Positions 7,518 through 14,384 of a stretch of 32,000 nt of DNA are shown piece after piece. Source of the DNA: Nitrososphaera viennensis EN76 (GTDB lineage Archaea; Thermoproteota; Nitrososphaeria; Nitrososphaerales; Nitrososphaeraceae); the NCBI RefSeq assembly GCF_000698785.1, contig NZ_CP007536.1:180001-212000 (forward strand). The letters run 5' to 3'. A program made the translations under genes and the position numbers. The notes beneath the pieces are model-generated. The model ran no database searches and was not told where the DNA came from. It was given only the letters and a program-made list of their open reading frames with translations. Numbering within the stretch: position 1 is the first letter of the stretch; the number at the start of each line of letters is the position of its first letter.

Positions 7518-7919
7518 CTACGCGTCTCCTCCGTCGCCGCCGTCGCCGCCGTCGCCGCCACTGCAGTCATTGTCCCTGCCTGGGCAGAAACCGCCGTCTC
7601 CTCCGTCGCCGCCGTCTCCTCCGTCGCCGCCGTCACCACCGCCACGGTGACCGTGACCGCGATCACCAGCGTCTCCGCCATCTCCGCCATCTCCGCCATG
7701 ACCGCCATAGCAGTCATTGTGTTTCCCGGGACAGAAGCCTCCATCTCCGCCATCTCCGCCATCTCCACCGCGTCCTCCATCGCTGCGGTCTTTCTTCTTC
7801 TTATGGTCTCTATCCGCGAAGGCCTTATCTACAGGCAACGCGGTCGCCGTTATCATCCCAACGAGAGCCACGAGCACAACTCCCGCCAGCACAAGTTTCG
7901 TCGTTTGGTTGTTCGACAT
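7518..7919 (-). CDS. secreted Gly-Gly-Asp repeat protein 3 with two FCPGxxNDC disulfide-loop motifs
   Basis: I trimmed to the ATG at 7919. The product begins MSNNQTTKLVLAGVVLVALVGMITATALPVDKAFA (signal-like), then DRDHKKKKDRS. Four GGD runs follow, separated by FCPGKHNDCY, RGHGHR and FCPGRDNDCS. A conserved TATA-like 11-mer lies upstream and a terminator lies downstream. Confidence 0.7.
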   Translation of the reverse strand: MSNNQTTKLVLAGVVLVALVGMITATALPVDKAFADRDHKKKKDRSDGGRGGDGGDGGDGGFCPGKHNDCYGGHGGDGGDGGDAGDRGHGHRGGGDGGDGGDGGDGGDGGFCPGRDNDCSGGDGGDGGDGGDA

Positions 7920-7938
7920 CACATACCTGATAGTGTGA

Positions 7939-7949
7939 GATTTATTTAA
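7939..7949 (-). promoter_or_regulatory. TATA-like box (minus-strand TTAAATAAATC) of GGX gene 3
   Basis: Forward GATTTATTTAA, with 19 nt between it and the ATG at 7919. Identical to the box at 7372-7382. Confidence 0.55.
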
Positions 7950-8300
7950 GTGGTTTGCAGACCGATTAAGTATATCATATTTGATAAGGCAAATCTTGAA
8001 TATCATTATGTGTAATTCGATTATCATAGAATAATTACAACGGAATTACTAAATGGGCATCTCTAATATGCATGAGGTATTTTGATGCCATGTATCAGAT
8101 CATTGACGAATTTATCAATATGACATCACCTTAACATTTTCAAGGCTGAGCCTCTCTAGGCAGATTTTGCAAGCCTGTTCACTTACTTTTGGCTAAAAGG
8201 CAATTACACCACACACGTCGAGTATCTAGCACAAGCCTCTGCCAAAAGTAGTCAAGGTGCTCTTGCAGGACGTCATGAAGCGTATACGCATATGCGTGGC

Positions 8301-8501
8301 TCAATCCTGCTTTTTTAGAGACTCTAACTTCTGAGAAAGGTCGTCTAGATATTTCAAACGCTTCACCCGCCATTCTCTTTTTTTAACCTCATTCGGGTTT
8401 TTGAGCATCAACAACATGACGTACCGTTCCTCTTGAGTTAGTAGTTCTAATAATGCGTCAATATCCGAAGGTGTAAGCGTTGTCAGATTCTTTGGAACCA
8501 T
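8301..8501 (-). CDS. hypothetical small helical protein (weak; AT-rich island)
   Basis: 66-codon ORF MVPKNLTTLTPSDIDALLELLTQEERYVMLLML..., A/T-ending codons unlike the flanking genes. Inverted repeat GTTATCA-N6-TGATAAC (8531-8550) lies 30-50 nt upstream. It is overlapped by two other out-of-frame minus-strand ORFs. Confidence 0.3.
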   Translation of the reverse strand: MVPKNLTTLTPSDIDALLELLTQEERYVMLLMLKNPNEVKKREWRVKRLKYLDDLSQKLESLKKQD

Positions 8502-8800
8502 GAGACATTATCTCCACTACCACCATCATCGTTATCATCAATGTGATAACGTCCAACGAGGAAGAATTTATCTTGAACGTTTTGATATGGTCTCTACTAG
8601 TACCTGCCCCCGAATTTCTTTTCCCATTCCCTACCGCGGAAGAACGAGTTCCAAAACCAATGCTGCGCCAAGATTTACAAATTCGAAGAATTAATGTCGA
8701 ATATTCATTCTTACTCTTATTACTTGTCATTTTTTATTTCTGCAGATGGAAATTGACGTGTGTGCCAACAAACAAGAAGCATCTCTGCTCCAGAGATCTC

Positions 8801-9286
8801 GTGGTAGTAATAATAATTTCGATAGCCACGGAATTATCTCTAGTGTTAGCGCCACTTGTTGTTGTAAGCGGCACTTTGAAACCGGCTGCGGCGTTCAGGC
8901 CGCAATCTGACGAGCTGGATCCCGGCTGCAATGATGATGCCGGCAGGCATTGGGAAGCTGGAGATAGAGTTGCAAGTGTATTCTATCAGGGATTTGTAGT
9001 GGTGTTTTTATGCGAATCGTCCTCCTGGAGTGAAGAGGATAGGTATGACAAAGTAGTTTCTGTGCCAACAGTTGGCCCCCATAAGCATTCATGCTCCGCT
9101 CGTACTGATAATTTTGAAGGTGGCGGATCCGTAACAAAGACGTATGATGCAGAAGATAAAGTAGCCATGCAAAAAGAATCAAAAGATGGTGGCCTGCTGA
9201 TCCAGATATACCAATGTAAATACAAGCACGATGTGACCAACTGGGAGTTACAAGAGACGCTTCCGGCAGCTTCAGTCAGTACCTAG
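8801..9286 (+). CDS. hypothetical Cys-containing protein with hydrophobic N-terminus (weak; start unclear)
   Basis: This is the distal part of the 8543-9286 ORF. In-frame GTG at 8801 gives VVVIIISIATELSLVLAPLVVVSG followed by a polar domain of about 130 aa with 4 Cys. Codon usage is atypical. The stop shares CTAG with the convergent gene, as at four other convergent pairs. Confidence 0.3.
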   Translation: MVVIIISIATELSLVLAPLVVVSGTLKPAAAFRPQSDELDPGCNDDAGRHWEAGDRVASVFYQGFVVVFLCESSSWSEEDRYDKVVSVPTVGPHKHSCSARTDNFEGGGSVTKTYDAEDKVAMQKESKDGGLLIQIYQCKYKHDVTNWELQETLPAASVST

Positions 9287-9630
9287 AACCCTGCCTTTTT
9301 CATCTTGGAGCCGCAGTTTGGGCACGACACCTTGTTGTGCTTGGTGCCGCAGCTGATGCAGTAATAGTTGATACTGCTGCTACCTTCGCCATCCTTCTGG
9401 CCAAAGGGGTTTCCAAACAGCGAGCCCTGCCGGCCGCCGACCTGCTTCATAAAGCGGTACCTGCGATAGTACGCAAGGCCAAAGATGATTGGCAGCAGCA
9501 CCATGAGCGAGTACGGAAAGTCGATGAACATGGTGATCACGATGCTTATTGCAAAGTAGATTCCAAGCCAGAGGATCTGCTGGTACAGGAACCGCTTTGC
9601 GCCTGCGTCCATCTGTGTGTACATATCCAC
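9283..9630 (-). CDS. membrane protein with C-terminal zinc ribbon
   Basis: Two hydrophobic helices (ILWLGIYFAISIVITMFI, LMVLLPIIFGLAYY), then CISCGTKHNKVSCPNCGSKM. Confidence 0.65.
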   Translation of the reverse strand: MDMYTQMDAGAKRFLYQQILWLGIYFAISIVITMFIDFPYSLMVLLPIIFGLAYYRRYRFMKQVGGRQGSLFGNPFGQKDGEGSSSINYYCISCGTKHNKVSCPNCGSKMKKAGF

Positions 9631-9635
9631 ACGTG

Positions 9636-9815
9636 TTACATATATGTAAGCCGGGCAGCCCCTCCTTGACCTTCTTCTTCAGGCGCAAGGTGGCACATGA
9701 CGTGGCCGAGGAGCTTTTCGTGCATGTGCGCGTCCTCGTCTGACAGGAACACCGTGCTGCAGCGCTCGCAGTAAAACAGCCTGTCCTGAAGCAGCGTTCC
9801 GGAACCTTGTTCCAT
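9636..9815 (-). CDS. small C2H2-type zinc-finger protein
   Basis: I trimmed to the ATG at 9815. The product is MEQGSGTLLQDRLFYCERCSTVFLSDEDAHMHEKLLGH, which fits C-x2-C-x12-H-x5-H. Confidence 0.5.
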   Translation of the reverse strand: MEQGSGTLLQDRLFYCERCSTVFLSDEDAHMHEKLLGHVMCHLAPEEEGQGGAARLTYM

Positions 9816-9892
9816 AATTATGATACTGCGTCGCAGGATTGTAGCTATAAACGCTGTGGGTTGACATTGTAGACGCGCCGCGGAAAACGCGT

Positions 9893-11731
9893 TCACCCTC
9901 CCTGTCCTGCAAAAAAGTCAAGGAGCGTCCGCTGCGCCTCCTGCCTCCCGGGGTGGCTCAGGTTGGTGACGCGCAGGCCGACCTTTCGGACCGGCGCGTC
10001 AAGGTCAAACCTGTCGACCAGCTGCGGAATTGCCGCAAGGATGCTCTCGCGCCTCTGCTGCGGACCCTGGTACGACATCTCTCTCGTCTCGATGGAAAAG
10101 TCGGCCCTGACTATCTTTGCGCCCACCGTGCGAAACAGGTAGCCATGCCCTGCCACCCTGGCGTACAGCTCGTCAGAAAGGGCGGTCAGTTCTGCAAGGA
10201 CCTCCTTTCTGCCCTTTGCATGTACTTCAAGGCTGTGCTCCGTGCTTATCGAGACGTGGTCCTCCCTTGGAACGACGGGGTCGCTGTCTGCGCCTGTTGC
10301 CACCTGCCACATCCACAGGCCGTTTCTGCTGCCAAAGCGCGACGTCAGCTTTTGCACGTCGCATGCCGCAAGCTGGCCTATGGTTGCGATGCCTATCTTT
10401 TTCAGCTCCTGCTGGGTCTTGGGGCCGATGCCTGAGATCCTGCCTACCTCGAGAGGCGCAAGGAAATCCTGCAGCCTGTCAGGATAGGCCACGGTGATGT
10501 CGTCAGGCTTTTTGAAATCAGACGCTATCTTGGCCGCCGACTTGGAAGGCGCCACTCCTATCGAGACTGAAAGGCCGCACCTCTCCCTTATCGCCCTCTT
10601 GATCGACGACGCGTACTCGTAGGGGCTTGCGTCGCCGGCAGCGGCCCTTGCCGTGCAGTCCAGGAACGCCTCGTCTATGCTTGCCTGCTCTATCACGTCT
10701 GCAAACCCTGAAAGGACTTCCATCACCTTCTCGGACACTTGCTTGTAGTACGCAATGTCGACTGGCCGGAGGTCCATATCGGGGCACAGCGCCAGCGCCC
10801 TTGCAAGCGGCATGGCCGACCTGACGCCAAACCTGCGCGCCTCGTACGAGCAGGACGATACCACGCCGCGCGTTATCTTGCCGGCAGGCTGGTCAGTCAT
10901 TATCACGGCGTGCGGCCTGCCCTTGAGGGCCGGCTCGCGCAGCTCCTCGCAGGAAGGGTAAAAGGCGTTGAGGTCGACGCAGAGGATCATCCTGCTGCCT
11001 GGGGACCACCTTGGCGCAGGCACGGGCAGGGCAGGGGCAGGCATGGGGCCGGCGTACTTGCGCTCTGGCAGGCCAAGGTGCGTGAGCGCGGCGTTTGCGC
11101 CGCCCGGGCTGTCTGCGATTATTATCGACATGTCAACCTGCCCATCCTGCCCCGCTTCTTTGAGGGCCATTTCAAACTCGGCCTTCCAGTTGCCGGCGTT
11201 GCCTGAAAGCCTGAGAAAAATGAAATCCGACGTGATGGCGACAGCAGCTTCTTGTACGTTCCTTCCACTCCTCCAGTACATGGCCGCGCCGTGCCTCCTC
11301 AGTACGTTGTACGTGGTGTCTTGAAACCATGAGGGGTGGGCAAAGTCGAGGATTGCCGAGTAGCCGTGGTAGGTGGAGGTGGCAAGCACTCTGTCAAGCC
11401 AGCGCCGCCCGTCCTGAAGTGTGAGGCCCTGCGGCGTCCTTATCACCACCGCAAGCGTCTTTTCCTCTATCGGCCTGAAAGCTTCAAGCAGGTTTCCAAG
11501 CTCGACGCTATCCTCTTCTGCTGCTGCCTGCTCTGGTATCCTGACGACAAAGCGAAAGCCCTCTGGCGTCTCGTGCGCCCACCTCCAGAACGAGTGCTCG
11601 TAGGTGGCCGGCACGCCCACCTCGACGACGTCAAACACCCGGGAATAGTGGGAAAGGTACTCCCTTGGCGCAAGCGCCTGCGGGTAAAAGTTGCCAAACC
11701 TCCACCCTGCGCACCCGACGAAATGCTTCAA
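9893..11731 (-). CDS. dinB: DUF72 domain fused in-frame to Y-family DNA polymerase IV (DinB/Dpo4)
   Basis: 612-codon uninterrupted ORF. Residues 1 to about 215 look like DUF72 (FVGCAGWRFGNFYPQALAPREYLSHYSRVFDVVEV). A Pro-rich linker PMPAPALPVPAPRW follows. From M248 (ATG 10990) the product is MILCVDLNAFYPSCEELR...SSCSYEARRFGVRSAMP...SIDEAFLD, a canonical DinB/Dpo4 palm. Confidence 0.85.
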   Translation of the reverse strand: MKHFVGCAGWRFGNFYPQALAPREYLSHYSRVFDVVEVGVPATYEHSFWRWAHETPEGFRFVVRIPEQAAAEEDSVELGNLLEAFRPIEEKTLAVVIRTPQGLTLQDGRRWLDRVLATSTYHGYSAILDFAHPSWFQDTTYNVLRRHGAAMYWRSGRNVQEAAVAITSDFIFLRLSGNAGNWKAEFEMALKEAGQDGQVDMSIIIADSPGGANAALTHLGLPERKYAGPMPAPALPVPAPRWSPGSRMILCVDLNAFYPSCEELREPALKGRPHAVIMTDQPAGKITRGVVSSCSYEARRFGVRSAMPLARALALCPDMDLRPVDIAYYKQVSEKVMEVLSGFADVIEQASIDEAFLDCTARAAAGDASPYEYASSIKRAIRERCGLSVSIGVAPSKSAAKIASDFKKPDDITVAYPDRLQDFLAPLEVGRISGIGPKTQQELKKIGIATIGQLAACDVQKLTSRFGSRNGLWMWQVATGADSDPVVPREDHVSISTEHSLEVHAKGRKEVLAELTALSDELYARVAGHGYLFRTVGAKIVRADFSIETREMSYQGPQQRRESILAAIPQLVDRFDLDAPVRKVGLRVTNLSHPGRQEAQRTLLDFFAGQGG

Positions 11732-11799
11732 GTGCAGAGAAGCTTGCTCCGGCCCTTATAACGTGGGAGACACTCTCGGGAGAGGGGGAGAGATGCATC

Positions 11800-11952
11800 T
11801 CAGGCCGCGCCCAGCCCTGTCCTCTCTGCATACTCGATTGCAGGGTGGCAAGAATAGCAGTAGCTGCACCGGATGCACGAGTATGCTGTGCGCTTGCCGC
11901 ACCACTTGCATTCGCTATACCTTGGCTTTAACGGTGAGAGGTACTCGTGCAT
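11800..11952 (-). CDS. small Cys-rich zinc-binding protein (weak)
   Basis: 50 codons from the ATG at 11952: MHEYLSPLKPRYSECKWCGKRTAYSCIRCSYCYSCHP, with CxxC and CxxCxxCxxC motifs. Confidence 0.4.
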   Translation of the reverse strand: MHEYLSPLKPRYSECKWCGKRTAYSCIRCSYCYSCHPAIEYAERTGLGAA

Positions 11953-12040
11953 GTATACATTAGATGATTGTCGATTCTGATAAATGACCTTTTCCCTCAC
12001 GCAGGTTCAAATACCTGCCAGTGGCAACCACTGCTATTCT

Positions 12041-12529
12041 ATGCCAACTGCCAAGATTCAGACAAAGCACGGCGACATCGCGATCGAGTTCTTCCCCGAC
12101 GTTGCACCCAAGCACGTCGAGAATTTCAGAAAGCTTGCCTCTAGCGGCTTTTTCGATGGCACGCTCTTCCACAGGATAGTGCCCGGGTTTGTGATCCAGG
12201 GAGGCGACCCTCTGACAAAGAGCGCGGCAAACAAGGGCCGGTGGGGAACAGGCGGCCCGGGATGGAGCGTAAAAGCCGAGTTCAACAAGACCAAGCACTC
12301 GCGGGGAGTGCTGTCGATGGCCCGGGCGATGGACCCAAACAGCGCCGGCTCGCAGTTCTTTATCGTCCTGAAGGACTCTAACTTTCTCGACGGCCAGTAC
12401 ACCGTCTTTGGCAAGGTGACATCCGGCATGGACGTTGTCGACAAGATTGCAGCCCTGAAAACGGACGCAAACGATGCGCCGGCAGACCCCGAGCAGGCAA
12501 GGATGGTTAAAGTCACGTACAGCGACTAG
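12041..12529 (+). CDS. cyclophilin-type peptidyl-prolyl cis-trans isomerase
   Basis: From the ATG at 12041: MPTAKIQTKHGDIAIEFFPDVAPKHVENFRKL...FHRIVPGFVIQGGDP...GSQFFI. Confidence 0.9.
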   Translation: MPTAKIQTKHGDIAIEFFPDVAPKHVENFRKLASSGFFDGTLFHRIVPGFVIQGGDPLTKSAANKGRWGTGGPGWSVKAEFNKTKHSRGVLSMARAMDPNSAGSQFFIVLKDSNFLDGQYTVFGKVTSGMDVVDKIAALKTDANDAPADPEQARMVKVTYSD

Positions 12530-13191
12530 CTGGAGCCGGCGATGACTGCCTTTAGCATCGCCACCCATGCCTTTTTGTTCACGGAATCGCTCACGCCAAG
12601 CATCCTGTTCACCGCAAGGCCGTCATAGAGCGCGACGAGTGCTATTGCAAGGCCGGCAACGTCTACGTCCTTTCTGATAAATCCCTCGCCGACCTTCTTT
12701 TTGAGCCCCTCAAGTACATGCTCGTGCACCTTGAGGTGGTACTCGTACATCGCCTTTTTGAGACGTGGGTTCCGGGTGGACTCGACTACCATCTCCAGCA
12801 TCACCCTGTCGTTTCCGCGCTCACGCCTGCGGATGTTGTCAAAGATCTCCTCGGCGTCAGAGGCGGCGTTTTCCTTCTTTGTGAACAGGTGCGCGTCATG
12901 GCCGTCGCCTGCCTTCAGGCTCGTCTCGCAAACTCCCAAAAATAGGTCCTCTTTGCTCTTGAAATACAGGTACAGCGTGCCCTTGCTCAGGCCCAGCCGG
13001 CGCGAAATGTCGTCCATCTTGGTCTTGTCGTAGCCGGTCTGCGAGAAACTCTCAATCGCGGCCTGGATTATCCTGTCGCGCACTTCGGCCTTGTGAGCAC
13101 TTGTCACCTTTGGCGTCTCAGAGTCCCTCCCCTGCGTCCACGGTAGTTGATTGCTGGCGGGGGCTAATAAGTATACTGACTGGTCAGTCAT
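12526..13191 (-). CDS. TetR family transcriptional regulator
   Basis: I trimmed to the ATG at 13191. HTH region RDRIIQAAIESFSQTGYDKTKMDDISRRLGLSKGTLYLYFKSKEDLF. The upstream part of the 337-codon ORF is antisense to the DM13 gene. Confidence 0.85.
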   Translation of the reverse strand: MTDQSVYLLAPASNQLPWTQGRDSETPKVTSAHKAEVRDRIIQAAIESFSQTGYDKTKMDDISRRLGLSKGTLYLYFKSKEDLFLGVCETSLKAGDGHDAHLFTKKENAASDAEEIFDNIRRRERGNDRVMLEMVVESTRNPRLKKAMYEYHLKVHEHVLEGLKKKVGEGFIRKDVDVAGLAIALVALYDGLAVNRMLGVSDSVNKKAWVAMLKAVIAGSS

Positions 13192-13270
13192 TTTTATGAC
13201 AACGAGATGTGAATAAATCTGGATGGGATCTGGAAAAATGGTTTTAATAATGACGGCCGCTGGTTTGCAC

Positions 13271-13876
13271 ATGAACAAGCGCGTCACAATAGCGGCGATC
13301 GTCGCAGCGGCCATCTTGGTGCCGGCGACGGTGTACGCCGCATCTCCTCTCTTTATCACGACCATGATAGACGAGCCGTCGCCTATCGCAAACGCTGGTG
13401 ACGCGATGATGGCAGAAAAAAATGAAGAGGATGCGATGGCAGACGACAACGACCGGAAGCCGGATGGCACGATGATGTCCAAGGACGAGGCAGAAATTGA
13501 CAAAGGCTCGACTGAAGATGATGCTATGATGAAGGACAAGGTGCTTGTTGAGACAGGCGGGACGTTTGCAGGCGCCGGCGACGGCTTTCACAACGCGGAA
13601 GGGACTGCAAGGGTGCTGCACCTGGGCAGCGGCAGCTCTGTTTTGAGGCTTGAAGAATTCAAGGTCACAAACGGCCCCGACCTCTACGTGTACCTCTCTG
13701 CCGACAAAAGCAACGCCGACTATGTCAGCCTCGGGAGGCTCAAGGCCAGCAGCGGCAACCAGAACTACGACCTGCCAGACGGAATAGACCTCTCAAGGTA
13801 CGACAACGTGATAATCTGGTGCCAGTCGTTCTCGGTCTACTTTGGCGGGGCGCAGCTCACCACTACTTCTGCGTGA
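13271..13876 (+). CDS. secreted DM13 (electron-transfer) domain protein with Met/Asp-rich linker
   Basis: From the ATG at 13271: signal peptide MNKRVTIAAIVAAAILVPATVYA, then linker GDAMMAEKNEEDAMADDNDRKPDGTMMSKDEAEIDKGSTEDDAMMKDK. The DM13 pattern follows: GTFAGAGDGFHNAEGTARVL...LRLEEFKVTNGPDLYVYLS. Confidence 0.7.
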   Translation: MNKRVTIAAIVAAAILVPATVYAASPLFITTMIDEPSPIANAGDAMMAEKNEEDAMADDNDRKPDGTMMSKDEAEIDKGSTEDDAMMKDKVLVETGGTFAGAGDGFHNAEGTARVLHLGSGSSVLRLEEFKVTNGPDLYVYLSADKSNADYVSLGRLKASSGNQNYDLPDGIDLSRYDNVIIWCQSFSVYFGGAQLTTTSA

Positions 13877-13890
13877 GCACGCGCCTCTCC

Positions 13891-14364
13891 TCATTTTATC
13901 ATGTCAAGAAGGCCGGGGTTTTCCAGCAGCGCGTTGTTGTAGGCCCTCTCGCTCAGCTTGTCTGCCTCGCTGTTCTGCTCGCGGGGAACCCACGCTATCG
14001 AGATGTCGCGGAATTTTCTCCTCAAGAGCGCGGCCTTTTGAAAGAGCGGGATTATCTGCTTGTTTTTTACCCGGAACTCGCCGTTCATCTGTTTGACGAC
14101 CAGCTGCGAGTCGCCCTTTACCTCTACCCAGTGAGAGGTATAGCCGTTTTCGTCAAGCCATTCCAGCGCCTTTATGAGGGCGGTGTACTCGGCGACATTG
14201 TTTGTGGACTGGGCAGATGGCTCTGCAGCAACTCCGGAGCCACTATGCAAAAGCCTGCCGCCCTTTTCTTTGATGACGTAGGCATAGCACGCAATGCCGC
14301 CCGGGTTTTTGGGCAGGCAGAGGCCGTCAAAATACACCTCAACTACAGCAGCAGTATTGCTCAC
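13891..14364 (-). CDS. rnhA: ribonuclease HI
   Basis: YFDGLCLPKNPGG...TNNVAEYTALIKALEWL...GDSQLVVKQMNGEF...REQNSEADKL, which carries the DEDD catalytic pattern of type-1 RNase H. Confidence 0.85.
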   Translation of the reverse strand: MSNTAAVVEVYFDGLCLPKNPGGIACYAYVIKEKGGRLLHSGSGVAAEPSAQSTNNVAEYTALIKALEWLDENGYTSHWVEVKGDSQLVVKQMNGEFRVKNKQIIPLFQKAALLRRKFRDISIAWVPREQNSEADKLSERAYNNALLENPGLLDMIK

Positions 14365-14384
14365 AGGTATATACCTGTATGTTG

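Noticed and set aside
6200-7800. Possible CRISPR array or non-coding satellite, because of many short direct repeats
   Set aside because: The repeat units are 9-66 bp multiples of three with no unique spacers of constant length. They lie inside ORFs with consistent frame. No cas genes are present.
6182-7938. Plus-strand and other-frame ORFs through the repeat cores (Pro/Ser-rich PPSPPSPP, Arg/His-rich and Ala/Val/Thr-rich products, e.g. 6182-6445, 6105-6548, 7064-7432, 7459-7650, 7487-7930)
   Set aside because: The triplet-repeat composition keeps all six frames open. Only the minus-strand GGX frames have ATG starts, N-terminal signal peptides, an upstream TATA-like box at a fixed offset and downstream T-rich terminators.
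8179-8730. ORFs 8458-8730 (-), 8179-8373 (-) and 8500-8694 (+) as independent genes
   Set aside because: They are mutually overlapping, lie in different frames and have no motifs. I treated them as possible decay products or chance ORFs within the low-GC island; see the finding. Only the 66-codon ORF is listed, at low confidence.
12001-12030. tRNA-like T-arm and acceptor end (GCAGG-TTCAAATA-CCTGC followed by CAGTGGCAACCA), possibly a tRNA or an att-site fragment
   Set aside because: The loop is 8 nt, not 7. No complementary 5' acceptor strand, D-arm or anticodon arm can be found upstream. The sequence sits in the 5' region of the cyclophilin ORF.
13192-13539. N-terminal 116 codons of the 337-codon ORF containing the TetR gene
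   Set aside because: This part is antisense to the well-supported DM13 gene and has a low-complexity Ser/Ala/Ile composition. The TetR homology starts after the internal ATG at 13191.
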